Positions 42,870 through 56,049 are shown, numbered from the stretch's first letter. The stretch is 64,000 bases of DNA from Eledone cirrhosa (GCA_964016885.1 OZ024742.1:121830001-121894000), one strand, 5' to 3'. Notes: a model not told the origin generated them from the letters alone. Program-made: numbers and translations.

Positions 42870-45800
42870 TTTTCTCTTTCTCTTAATTTCGAGTATATTT
42901 TTTTGACCGGCCACCTTCCTGGTGGCAAGGTTGTAAAAGAAAAGAAATTGTCATCCCTTGAATTGCAAGAATGTTTTGCATATTTTGAAGGTGCCAGCTA
43001 TCGCAGCCATTTGTAGACTATGAATTAGGGAGCTGCGCTTTTTGTCCGCAAATCCAAGTTCGGTCATACTTTGGTCCAAGCGGGTTGGTATATAGCCCGT
43101 AGCACCAATAATGATGGGTATGAAGCTAAAGGTGTATCTTGGATACTGGATTTGTAAGCTCCTCATCAATGGTCCGTAGATGTCCTCCTTCTCCTGTATT
43201 TTTCTGACAACGTTTACATCAAGTGGGCAGCTGATCTCCACAACAGAGCACGTTTTCAATGTGTGGTCCCAAACTACAATATCAGGCCGGTTGTGCTTTA
43301 ATTTGGTGGCAGTTTTTATTTTCAGGTTCCACCAGTATTCCTTAGTGCCATCTGTCTCAATATATTCTTCCTCGTTTGTTGTTAATTTTGTTTTCCGAAG
43401 TGCGTTCCAGATAGTTCTAGCTATCCCATCGTGTCTCATGGGGAGGTAGTAGCGAGATGACATTCTTTCGCAGCTGGCAACAATGTGGCTTACATCCTCG
43501 ATCTTTGTTTTACATAGCCTACATTTATTGTCAGCTGCTGGCCCTCCTCTTTTGTGCAGCAGATATTTGGTAGGGAGTTCTTGTTCCTGTATTGCATAGA
43601 GATATCCCTCAAGGTGTGATGTCATAAACTTGTCGGAACTCCATGCCAGGCTTTTTGAGTGGTTTATCCCCTCTATGGTCTGTGTTTTACGCCTCAAGTA
43701 TCCATGCACAACTTTCTCTGTAAATTGGTCAATTTTTTTTTCTTGTTTGAACATTGAATAGGATCTTCCGATTTCTCTGGGTGAGAGATTTATATCAGGC
43801 TTTATTCCATATCTCTCCTCCAGATCAGTCGCTATTCTAATGATATTTCTTTTTTCATGCTCATAAACCTGAGCAAGATGGTCGCCAACCTTTTTCCTCT
43901 GTTGAAGGTGTTGCTTCAGTGTTACTATCCGGGTCTCATATGTTGTTAATATTGATTTTAGACCCCGGCCACCTTCCTTGCGTGAGAAGTATAGCCTATC
44001 CACATCACCATTGATGTTAAAGTTCCCAGTAACACTGAGAAGTTTTCGAGTTCTAACATCCATCTCACTTAGTTCTTGCAATGACCAGTTCAGTAGGCCA
44101 AATGTTGGCGTTAGAATTGGCACAGCATAGGTATTGTGGGCAATGTATTTGTTGTATGCTGACAGTTCTGATGACCATATTTTTTTTACTCTTCTGAGGT
44201 ATTCAGTTCTGGTTCTCTCCTTATTTATGGGTCCATCATATCTGACATTCTCATCCTGTCCAAGATATCTGTAGTTGTCACCTGACTGCAGAGGTTGTAT
44301 TGTCAGGCCGTTCATCTCTAGATTTCTAGAGGAGGGCACAGCTCTTCCACGTTTTACTGCCAAATATGCACACTTGGACTCACCAAATTTCATTTTGATG
44401 TCGGTTGAAAATTGTGTAATGAGGTCCAATTGTTTCTTGATGTCATTGATATTTGGCCCATACAACTTCAGGTCATCAACAAAGAAAAGATGGGAGATAC
44501 TTCTGGGCCCACTTCTTTGTCCACCTTGTTTCCTGAGTAGGTAAGATAGTGGATTCAGTGAGAGAACGAAGAGTAGTACTGACAAGCTATCACCCTGAAA
44601 GATGCCCTTCTGGTAATGTATCCCATCAGTCTTAACCTGCTCCTTCTCACCTCTAAGGATCAAATTGGTGTACCAGTTCTTGGTCAGGCGTTCAACAGCA
44701 GCTACTAATGGTTGTGGGACTTTAGCTAACTGTAAAGCCTTAATAATCCACCCATGAGGTACACTATCAAATGCTTTTTGATAGTCCAGCCACACGACAG
44801 TCATGTTTCTGCGATTCTTTGTTGTTTTTTCCTGAATCATTTTGTTAGTTAGTAGGTGATCTATGCAACCCCACACCTCCCTCTTTCCACCAGCTTGCTC
44901 AGGTGTTATGATGTTGTTGGTAGCACAGTGATCCTGTAAGAACAGGTTAAGGCACCCAGTATATAATTTATACATGATGTTTTGGCAGGCAATTGGGCGG
45001 TAATTTTTAGCAAGGGTGGTTTGGCTATTTTTGGGAATGAGGAGAGTAGTGGCAGTTGATAACCATCTGGGCAGTTCTTGTGTGCCCTTAATGGTTTCTG
45101 TAAACAGCCGTATGAGATCTTGCCGATAGAAAGTGAAATTCTTCAACCAGTATCCTGTAATGAGGTCTGGGCCTGGCGATTTCCTATTCGACATTTTCTG
45201 TAGAGCTGTTTCCAGTATTGACCCATCTATGTCATATTGTTTTGTCTGGACATGTTGGCAGTAGTCCTGTTCCAGTTGTTTTAGCCAATTAGCTTGTCTG
45301 TTGAATCCGTCATCCGTTTCTCATACAGATCTCCAGTAGTTCTCAACCTGTTCTTTTGAAGGGGTGTCGTTTACAGGGATTGAACTTTTGCCACCGAAGC
45401 TGCGATAAACTGATTTAGGATCTCTGGCAAACAATCTATTTAGCACTTGTCGTTTATGGGCTGTTGACTTATATTTTAGTCTTTCTGTTGTAGCTGTGAG
45501 TTGTTGTTTCAACTGGTGTAATTTGGAGTTCAAAGTTTTAAATTTGGTATCTCCAAATCGTCTCTCTAACTTTTTCTTTAGGTCTTCCTGGTGTCGTGTG
45601 AAGTTTCTCTCTATGTTGCATTTCATAACGACTGCGATGTGTGAGATACTTCGTCTCAGGGACAAAATTTTGGTTTTTAAATTTCGCATCCACGCTGGTT
45701 CAGGCTTTCTGTTTGTATCTTGATTGCGTGGTTTTAGATGTGTGTTATATGATAGCAATGTGACAGCTGAAACATATAACAAAACATTGAGCGTTTCAAA

Positions 45801-46668
45801 TGTCGTTTCTACACCTTTAGATCGTATAGCCTTCAGATAATTGCCAGCTATTTCGTTCACCGCTTCCAATTCCAATTTAGTGGGTTCTTTACTGACTCTA
45901 GTGTTGTATGGTCTGTCACTCACATTAAGGCTGTGTATCTCTTGAAACATATCGTTCCATATCACTTGTAGGGTGCCCACAAGTTTTTGGTGCTCTGTTT
46001 GTTCAGTAGAGTCATGAATTGCAGCCTCGTTGTTGATGTGGTGACAATTACTACTAGAGTCAGCTGACCTTTCTCGCTGTTCTTCAGTGGAAGTGGGATG
46101 GATTTCAGCAAAATTGTTGGTGAGCTGTTCACTGTTAGATTTAGCTGGCCATTCTCTTTGTCTGTCAGTGGAGGTGGGGTGGTTGTCTACAAGGGCTGTA
46201 TTTGTAGTATCACTCGATTCCGTTAGATGTATCAATTTACATCTAATGATACGTTTTGCCTGTTCATTTAGATGCTTTGGAGAAAAGTCTAATTCTGGGT
46301 GTTTGGAGTTCCATAAAGTTTTTAGCCTTTGCATAAAACCGAACTTTTGGGGTTCAGATTGTTTGTATGCTTCATATAATTCTTTGTTAAGCTCGTAGCT
46401 CCACTGTATACAACGGTTGTAATTGCGATTTGGTCGAAGGAGACTTGTACTTTTTGCCATGATGAGTTCGTCTATTCACTAATATTTTGTATTTATTTTT
46501 TTAAAATAGTCGATGATCTTCTTTAAAAGTTACGACAAAGTTCTGTCAGAATCAAATTTAAAGTTATTCACAGCTTGGGTAATATTTCTTTTCAGTTAGT
46601 TTTAAATTCTACAACTGTGTTTTAAACGTTGTTCTTGAATCGTTTGAATCGAGAACAAAAAGAACCGT
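42870..46668 (-). mobile_element. Full-length R4/Dong-clade non-LTR retrotransposon in a (CATA)n microsatellite
   Basis: Single reading frame with RT and REL endonuclease, and (TATG)n on both sides. The 3' UTR has the hairpin gccacc-aggaa-ggtggc. Confidence 0.93.
42951..46460 (-). pseudogene. R4/Dong ORF (1170 codons): RT, CCHC knuckle and restriction-like endonuclease, with one in-frame TGA at 45321-45323
   Basis: The 379-aa and 747-aa ORFs are in one frame, joined by YWRSV*ETDDGFNRQANWLK. Motifs include KSPGPD, NYRPI, WLDYQKAFDSV, GIFQGDSLS, FFVDDLK, CRLC..EDVSHIVASC, RHD, RPDIV and EISCP..EKEDIY. Confidence 0.9.
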
Positions 46669-46967
46669 TGTATGTATGTATGTATGTATGTATGTATGTA
46701 TGTATGTATGTATGTATGTATGTATGTATGTATGTATGTATGTATGCATTATGTCAGGTCGCTCTTGAGCGCTACCGGTAACATGTAATTCAGTACAACC
46801 TGTTGCATGGTTTAGTCGGCGACGACCCAACCGGCAACCCCACAGAGCTTGATTGGTGAGGAGGGTGGTATTTGGACATACTGCGGGATGAAAAACAAAA
46901 CTCGACAAAGGGTGGAGGAACGCGATAGAGTCAACGGCCATCCAAATACTGTGTGTGTGTGTGGTGT

Positions 46968-47064
<97 letters not shown>

Positions 47065-47125
47065 ATGAGTACTCTATTTGTATATACTTATGTACATGCA
47101 TTTTGTGTGTGAATGTGTATGTATA

Positions 47126-47193
<68 letters not shown>

Positions 47194-47579
47194 CATATCC
47201 AGGGAGTGTAACTTGGAGTTACTGTAGGTTTACCCGGGTGAGCACTCGATGTTTAGGTTCACTTCAGTGTCGAGGTGTAGAGCTAGACACCGCGTCATCA
47301 ACCAATAAACGTAATGAAGGAGTAACCAATCCTCCTTGTTTTATCTTATTTTACTATATATATTTCTATATCTCTCTCTCTATATATATATATGTACATT
47401 TGATATATCATCGGGTGCCTCTTTGCATACGTATACCTTAATTATGTATACATCTTTAATTCTTTAAACTTTGTAAAAACTTTTTAACTTTAAACATTTT
47501 TCAATCTTTCGTCTCTTATATATCCTCGGATAGTGTGCTTTTGTATATACATTTTAATAAAAAATTTTTTTTTAAAATA

Positions 47580-50500
47580 GTGTGTAGACGTGTGCGCGGA
47601 GACAGGGAATACTTGGTTGGCGTCCAGGCGCGCAGATAGCCCGCTGGGAGTGAGATGCACTCTTAGCTGTTGTCACAACATTTCTCTAGGAGAGGCAAAC
47701 TCCGAATAAACACTTGCGGTGTTGAGGGCACCCGATGATGTTGACCAGTTCTTCTTTTCGGTACATGCTCTCCATGCTCAGAGAGTGGGATTAGCTCTGT
47801 ACAAGGTTTTTCTTCACTTAAAAAAATTTAAGCACAAGCATCGCCTGATCGATTTGAACAAATAATTTGTTGCAGTGTGGCTGGCCGTAGCCAAAAAAAG
47901 GTAAACATATTCAATGATGAACCATGGTAATGTACAAATTAATGGCAATGGGGGCTCTGAAAATGATGGTGAAAGGGTCTGGCCCGGTAAGTTCCCCAGG
48001 TCACTGCAGCACTGCGATGCGAAGAAATTGAAACCTATGGATATTGGTTGCTGGAACACTCGGACCTTATTAGATTTGGTGTTTTCATAATCACGACCAA
48101 AAAGAAGATCACCTCTTGTTGCCAAAGAGCTGGTTCGATACAATATGGTCATTGTTGCCTTTTCTGAAACAAGGCTACTTAAAGAAGATCATATCACTGT
48201 GATGTCCAGTGGCTACACGTTTTACTGCAGTAGCAGAGCAGCAGGATGAACAAGGCAAGTAGGAGTGGCTATTGCTGTGAAACGTCTTTGGTGTCGACAT
48301 TTGACCAGTTTCCAAGTAGCATCAATTATCGCCTCATGTCAACGAGAATTCCTCTTATGTACAATCATTACCTTACCATTTTCAGTGTATATGCCCCGAC
48401 AATGAATTCCAATGAAGATGAGAAACTTACCTTTTACAGGTCTCTGAAGGAACTTGTCAAAAAGATTCCTTTAGAAGACAAAATTGTCGTACTTGGTGAT
48501 TTCAACGCACGTGCTGGCAGGGATTATGAGATTTTGGATGTCATCGGCAGACATAGCATAGGAGAATGTAACAGCAAGGGTCTCCTCGTGTGACATATGT
48601 GTGTGCGTTAGATTTGTTCATTGCAAGCACGATGTTCCAGCAAAAGGATAAGCTCAAGACAACATGGACGCACCCTGGGTCGAAAGTGTGGCATCTGATC
48701 GACTATGTTCTTGTGAAGAAACGTGACATGCAGGGTATCAAGCATGTGCGTGTTCTGCGTGGCGCAGAGTGCTGGACAGACCATCATCTGGTGCGTACTA
48801 AGGCAAACTTTGTGATCAAACTTCAAAGAATAGCAAATGGTGTCAAGATTCCAAAGGGCTTGAATATATATCGTATGAAAGATAAGGGTGTCAAGGAAGA
48901 GCTGCGTCGCAGGCTTGAAAACATTGATTGTGCAAACAACTGGAATGACTTTAGGAGCACGGTTTACGATATTTCAACCGAGGGCCTTGGCTTTGTCACA
49001 AGAAAACACAAGGACTGGTGTGATGAGAATGACCATGAAGTCAATGCTCTGTTGGACAAAACAAAAGGCATTCGATGCAGTTCTTAAAGCTGGTAGCTCT
49101 GGAGTTGACAATTGTGAGCGTTAAAGGAGGGAGTGCAGCTGAAACCCAAGGCCATGGTAGAGCAACAAAGTAGCTTAAGTTCAAGCAGCATCTAATAGCA
49201 ATGATGTGAAACTGCTGCACACTTTACTCAGAGAGGTGTATGGCCCTTTCAGCTCACCAGTGCCAACTTTGAGATCGAAAGATGGCAAGCAGTTACTGCA
49301 CAATCCAAAATACATACATGACATATGGAGAAATCACTTTGATGAGCTCTTGAACCAGCTATCGCAGGTTGATGATGATTTCATTTGCTCCATTCCCATT
49401 GAACCATTGAAGCATGAGATGGCTGATGTACCTTCTCTTGCGGAGGTGGCTTCTGCCGTGCATAAACTGAACTGTGGTAAGTCTCCTGGTATGGATAGTC
49501 AGAGGTTTTGAAGAGCGGTGGTAAAAACATCATGCAGCGCATGACTGACCTCATGAAAAAGGTGTGGGAAGATGAGAGTGTCCCACATGATTGGAAGGAT
49601 GCGCTTAGGGTGATTCTCCATAAGGGAAAGGGAGGGAAAGACAACTGTGGCAATTATCACGTCTTTCAGTAGTTGGTAAAGTCATGTGTCGAATTTTGAT
49701 GGATAGATTGATCTCAAAGGTTGCTCTAAATGTGTTGCGTGAGTTGCAGTGTGGGTTCAGAAACGAAAGAGGAACATTGGGTATAATCTCTTCTGCTCAG
49801 CAGCTCCAGGAAAAGTGCATTGAACAATGTATGAACCTTTACCAGATCTTTGTTGATTTGAGGAAGGCCTTTGACACCGTCAATCTAACTACGTTGTCGA
49901 AAATTTTGGCTGCCCTCAAAAGTTTATGAAAATTCTGCGTATTCTTCATGATGACATGAAGGATTGGGTCAGTATTGGTGGTAGCATTTCTGAACCAATA
50001 TCAGTTGAAAATGGAGTGAAGCAGGGCACATTCCGGCTCCAACTCTGTTTTCCTTATATTTTACGATAGTGTTTCTCATGGCATTCAGGAAAGATTGTTC
50101 GCATGTAGTTTACATTAGGTATCGCACTTCGAGAAGGTTGTTCAACATCTTTGATGCAAGCACGAAGGTATTAACATCCATAATCCGAGAGTTTTTGTAT
50201 GCAGATGACTGCGATCCTTTTGTACACTCACAGAGTGACATGCAGCATATTATGAACTCTACTTCTGAATCTTGCAACGAACGCTTTGGGCCTCAAAATA
50301 AGCTTGGAAAAACTGTTGTGATGTACCAGCCAGCACATGGGAAACAATATACTACACCAAGTGTGTACGTGTACGGAAAGAGGCTAAATGTTGCTGAAAA
50401 GTGTGTTTACCTTGGTAGTACGTTGAACAATTCATGCACACTTGATGATAAGATATCCTTAAGACTCAAGAAAGCCAGTGATGTTTTGGACTCCTGAATT

Positions 50501-51373
50501 AACGTTTATGATCCAGACGAGGTATCACCATTGAAAGCAAGGTGAAAGTGTATCTGACTTGTGTCGTCTCCACTTTGCTTTATGCTTGTGAAAGGTGGGT
50601 CACATACAGAAAGCACCTCAAGGAATGGAGAGGTTTAACCAACAATCTCTTCGTAGGATACTTGGGTGCGATGGAAAATGTTGATTAGTGATCTGGAAGT
50701 TCTTGAACGGAGCAGGTGCTTGAGCATAGAGAGCATGATCTTTGGGCATCGGTTGAGGTGGTGAGGCCACGTGGTCCGGATGTCTGATGATCGTATTACA
50801 AAGCAACTTCTCTACGGTGAACTATGCGAAGGAAGGCGACCACCACACAAACGAGAAGTTTGGTACCGGGACTGTGTCGTGAGCACGTTGGCTTGCGTTG
50901 GAATTTCATCTGACGTATGGGAGAAAATGGCTCAGGAGCGCGTGAAGTGGAGACGTTTGATCAAGTCAGGAAGTGAACACTTTGAAACTCGTCGAAGAGA
51001 ACACCTAACACTAAAAATGAAGGTGAGGAAAAGGGACTGTTCTGAACTGTCTACTGTTGAACAACATCTGGTTTGCCAGCATTGTGGTCGAGTCCGCCTG
51101 AGCAAAGATGGTTTGATTAGAAATGAACCATGTCATATCAGTAGACCTCATGCAGATTATGATATGAAAAGGTGTAAGGAATGCGTCTTAAAAGACACAT
51201 GAGAAAACACAGCCAGAACAAAGCAATGGAAAGTCCCAGAAGAGCCTACAGTTGCCATGTGTGTACCAGAGGGTCCAAGTCTTTGATTTGTTTAAAGAGC
51301 CACATTCGTGCCTCACATTTTGAGCATTTTATCGGGCGATGGCAATGCTCGAACACGAGTTTGCAGCCATCAT
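47580..51373 (+). mobile_element. Full-length decayed RTE LINE with C-terminal C2H2 fingers and (ATGT)n tail
   Basis: IGCWNTRTL, SVYAPT, LGDFNARAG, WHLIDYVLV, CWTDHHLV, QCGFR, FVDLRKAFDTV, FLYADDC, YLGS and GHVVRMSDDRITKQLLYGEL. Confidence 0.92.
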
Positions 51374-52779
51374 GTATGTATGTATGTATGTATGTACGTA
51401 TGTATGTATGTATGTATGTATGTATGTATGTTTGTGTGTATCTGTGCGTGAGTGTGTGTGTGTATGTTTGCATGTGTCTGTGAATGTCTATGTGTTTATG
51501 TATGTGTATATAAATTGAGAGTGATATAGATAGATAGACAGTCAGACACATAAATAAATAGATAGATAGATATATAGATAGATGGCTAGATATATTGATG
51601 GATATGTTGGTAGAAAAATATATTTGTCAACATACGAACATCAAACACATGTACAGGCAGACGCAGACAGATAAAGACTTTTAATTTCGCATGCATCCTG
51701 TCTCACAAGCAAAGATAATTATATGGTCTGAAGGTGCGACAAATATAAGATGTAAGTATAGGAGGCACCTAGGTTTCGGTGTAGTGGTAGACTATGTGAG
51801 GATGTCAATGGGGGTGTTACTCTAAGCAAGTTAAATCATGTTAGCTGTGGTGATAATTATAGATTTCTATAGGTGAAAGATGATCAGTAATCAGAAGATG
51901 ATTAATCACATGTATAGTGTTATAAGGCACCTTAAGAAAGGAGTGCTGTTAATAAGAATGGTTAGTTTTAGTGGACCATTAGATAATAGAATAAGTGAGA
52001 GAGTTAATGGAGGTGTAGTGAAACGAAGTATGTACTGGCTAGCTGAATGGAAATTTATAAGTGAAAGGCCATTGTAGTTATAGAGTAATAAGAATGTTTT
52101 CTTGCATGTTGTTTGATGTTCATACCGAAGAAAATCTCAAGTTGGAAATAGTGTCTAATGACAGATGTAAGAGAAACGATAGTGACCGAAATGCTAGCCC
52201 GGTATAAGATGATTTGCTCATTGTATTTTGCGACCAACTCCTCGTTATTTTCACGTCAGACTTCTGTAACAAATTTGGCGCCACGGTTGGACTTGTGTAA
52301 ATTAATCTCTTAAGAGTATATAAAAAATGAATTGCAGTAGAACTGGAGTCATGGAATGCCAAATTTGTGGTACTTTTATTAAGACCGTGCACATTACAAC
52401 TCTGCTCACAGATTGAGGTCTCTCAACACAGATTTGTAATTTATGTAGTCTTAATAAAATTACTACTAAAAAGAATATATATATATGTATGCATATATAT
52501 GTATATATATACATATGTACATATATACATATGTACACATATATATATATATATAAACAATTAAGTTAAAAATGTACATCTACATATGCATACTGAAATA
52601 CTAGTATGCATATGAATACACACACGTATACATATGTAGATGTAACAAGTCTTTCACTGGTTACTTTACTGTGAGTAACCCAGCTATTCTGTATGTAAAC
52701 ACACAGACAAACCGGTTTTAGAGTCATACTGGTTTTCGAGGAAACACCTTTCCTCTATTCTCCAGAAAGCCAGAAAAGG

Positions 52780-52824
52780 AACATTGAACTAGTTTCGTTG
52801 TTGTTACAACTCATCAGCAATATT
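52780..52824 (-). ncRNA. Type-I hammerhead ribozyme
   Basis: Reverse complement of 53372-53416. Confidence 0.85.
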
Positions 52825-53371
52825 TACCTATCTACCGGCCTTTCTGGAGAATCGTAAAAGCACATATCGTTATATGCTTTTTCTATGAAAATTAGTAGTG
52901 GGCAGACCAATTTGCATAGAGTGTGAGTACGCACCGGTTCAGCGGAGACGATAAAAACAAATAACGAAACGAAATTAAATTTCGTTTCGTTTGTAACTCA
53001 CTTTTGTATGACTGACGCTTAAACAATTAAGTTAAAAATGTACATCTACATATGCATACTGAAATACTAGTATGCATATGAATACACACACGTATACATA
53101 TGTAGATGTAACAAGTCTTTCACTGGTTACTTTACTGTGAGTAACCCAGCTATTCTGTATGTAAACACACAGACATCACGTCAGTCATACAAAAGTGAGT
53201 TACAAACGAAACGAAATTTAATTTCGTTTCGTTATTTGTTTTTATCGTCTCCGCTGAACCGGTGCGTACTCACACTCTATGCAAATTGGTCTGCCCACTA
53301 CTAATTTTCATAGAAAAAGCATATAACGATATGTGCTTTTACGATTCTCCAGAAAGGCCGGTAGATAGGTA

Positions 53372-53416
53372 AATATTGCTGATGAGTTGTAACAACAACG
53401 AAACTAGTTCAATGTT
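53372..53416 (+). ncRNA. Type-I hammerhead ribozyme, canonical core
   Basis: aatattg-CTGATGA-gttgt aaca acaac-GAAA-ctagt-T-caatgtt, with extended stem attctccagaaag/ctttctggagaat. Confidence 0.85.
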
Positions 53417-53704
53417 CCTTTTCTGGCTTTCTGGAGAATAGAGGAAAGGTGTTTCCTCGAAAACCAGTATGACTCTAAAAACCGGTTTGTCTGTGTGTTT
53501 ACATACAGAATAGCTGGGTTACTCACAGTAAAGTAACCAGTGAAAGACTTGTTACATCTACATATGTATACGTGTGTGTATTCATATGCATACTAGTATT
53601 TCAGTATGCATATGTAGATGTACATTTTTAATTTAATTGTTTAAGCGTCAGTCATACAAAAGTGAGTTACAAACGTAACGAAATTTAATTTCGTTTCGTT
53701 ATTT

Positions 53705-53761
<57 letters not shown>

Positions 53762-53962
53762 TAAAAAAATAATGAATAAAACAATGAAACAGTTCCTTAT
53801 ATTAAACAAAAAATGTTCATTATTTAACGATCGTTTCTAGGATATATATGTGTTAGAATTGGCATGCATATTCAACAGATCTATGTACAAAATTATACAA
53901 AATTATACAAACTATCAAAATTAAATATACATACCAACGCATATATAAGCCGTCTTCAGAAA

Positions 53963-54150
53963 TAATTGTTTCTACTTTTGGCACAAGGCCAGCAATTACC
54001 CAGTGCATTACTGGTACTTTATTTTATCGACCCCGTAAGGATGAAAGGCAAAGTCAACCTCGGCGGGATTTGAACTCAGATCGTAAAGGGACGTAACTAT
54101 GCTGGAAAGCATGGCGTCCGACCCTCTACCGATACTGCCAATCCACCGCC
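53963..54150 (-). mobile_element. tRNA-derived SINE with 18-bp TSD
   Basis: TSD gccgtcttcagaaataat at 53949-53966 and 54148-54165. Confidence 0.92.
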
Positions 54151-54801
54151 GTCTTCAGAAATAATGAAATATATTTATTGATAATAACAACAATTCAAAA
54201 TTACAGGTCTGTTTGGGAACAGAGTTCAAATTGACCAATGAAAATACAAAAAGTTTATACAGTTAGGTGTGTGTATATATGTAAGTAACTTCGTTCACAG
54301 ATATGCATAAAGATATATGTTCACATGCATACGCATGCCAAAAAGATGTATGTAAATACAAAAATTCAAGGCTAATGTCTCTGTATGTTTATAATCTACA
54401 GATAAAATACGTATACACATATAAATATAAAAACAAATATATACACACATTCATATACTCACACATATACGTACATTCACACACACACGCGCGTATACGC
54501 ATAAACATACACACAACCACGAACATACATACACACACACACCCCCACACACATATATATGTGTATATACTATTATTATAAGCATATGGACATTAATGCG
54601 CGCACATAAACACTGCCACACATATTTAGATCCAGATGCAGAAAGTAGGTGGGGGGGGGGGGGAGAAGAGGTCAGTATTCACCGGTGTCAGCAGACTGCC
54701 TATTTATAAATGTATCTATAAATTTAGAAATAAAAAGAAAAGAAAAAGAAAAAAGAAAAAATACGGATTGGACACTACCGTAAACTCTTGGTAGATTTAT
54801 C

Positions 54802-54836
<35 letters not shown>

Positions 54837-54899
54837 AAGTACATATATATTTGTATAGTATATATATATATGTATATATATATGTATACATATATCTAT

Positions 54900-55670
54900 C
54901 TAGGGCGGGTAAAATTTCCGAGATCCATGGACGAGTTCTCTCCAGCGGTCTCTGTCCCTCATTATCGCTGCCATGTCCTGCGTCTCCAACAGACCAGTGT
55001 CTGTCTTTAGGGCATCAACATATGTTAACCGCGGTCTTCCTCTTCCAGTGTGTCCATGCAGGGGCTCCCGCTTTAGGAAGGCCTTTGTTTCTGTGGACTG
55101 TCACTGCCTGATGAAGATCTTATAGGCTTATGGAATCCCCAAGAAGATAGTGGACCTGATATCACTGCTCTTCACCAACACCAAAGCCCAAGTCATTACA
55201 CCCGATGGGATGACGGATTTCTTTGAGATACTGGCTGGAGAGCTCCAGGGAGATGCATTGGCTCCCTACCTTTTTATCATTGTAGTGGACTATTGTATGC
55301 GCCTTGCACTGGAGAAACACCAGGACTCTGGCTTTACTGTAACACCAGCTCAGAGCAGGAGAGTTAAGGCGAAAAAGATATCGGATGCTGAATTTGCCGA
55401 CGACATAGTTTTGGTCACAAACACAGTGAAGGAGGCAGAGGATTTGATGCAGGAGATTGAGACTGTATCGATGAGTGTGGGGCTGAGAATGAATGAGATT
55501 ATGACAAAATATCTGGTAGAGAATGTTGAGAAGCCAGAGGGGATTACTAATGTAGGCGGGAAGCCGCTAGAGTTGGTTAAGGACTTCCTGTATTTGGGAG
55601 CAAAGATTGGGAATGCGGAAGATGATGTGGTCGAGAGGAAGAGCAAAACCTGGGCAGCGTGCCACAGCTA
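54900..55670. mobile_element. RTE-X-like LINE fragment with 5' inversion
   Basis: The minus strand at 54920-55070 reads EPLHGHTGRGRPRLTYVDALKTDTGL..MRDRDRWRELV. The plus strand at 55150-55670 has RT motifs GELQGDALAPYLF, FADDI and FLYLG. Confidence 0.8.
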
Positions 55671-55683
55671 TACATATATATGT

Positions 55684-55739
<56 letters not shown>

Positions 55740-55931
55740 CGAAGGAAATGTGGTAAGGAACCAGGTGGACCATAACGCACCGAAGTACTCAATACTTGAG
55801 GTAGTAGAGTGGATAATAGGAACCAGTAAGACCCCGACAGCTGAGCTCAAGCCGTTTCGACGGCTAATTCTAAGAGTCCAGAATTAGCCGTCGAAACGGC
55901 TTGAGCTCAGCTGTCGGGGTCTTACTGGTTC
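55740..55931. repeat. Short element with a perfect 52-bp inverted repeat (AGTACTCAATAC family)
   Basis: Arms 55820-55871 and 55880-55931, 8-nt loop, (TA)n flanks. Confidence 0.85.
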
Positions 55932-56031
<100 letters not shown>

Positions 56032-56049
56032 GGTATCGATATATGCGTA

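Larger units (their letters stand above)
52556..53708. mobile_element. 465-bp hammerhead repeat: two divergent arms, each slightly more than one unit
   Basis: aaacaattaagttaaaaatg recurs at 52556 and 53021. 53177-53708 is the reverse complement with its own terminal repeat, and (TA)n flanks the element. Confidence 0.9.

Noticed and set aside
41703-42914. 403-aa ORF as a separate gene
   Set aside because: It is read-through from the upstream copy's 3' UTR and (CATA)n into a truncated R4/Dong copy.
47230-47340. Possible degenerate ribozyme before AATAAA
   Set aside because: The core nucleotides cannot be assigned.
51720-54720. Partial HHR-like halves on the minus strand (GAAACCTAGGT near 51770, GAAACGATCGTT near 53830, GACACCGGT near 54680)
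   Set aside because: No convincing CUGANGA core or stem I; probably decayed PLE ends, so not called.
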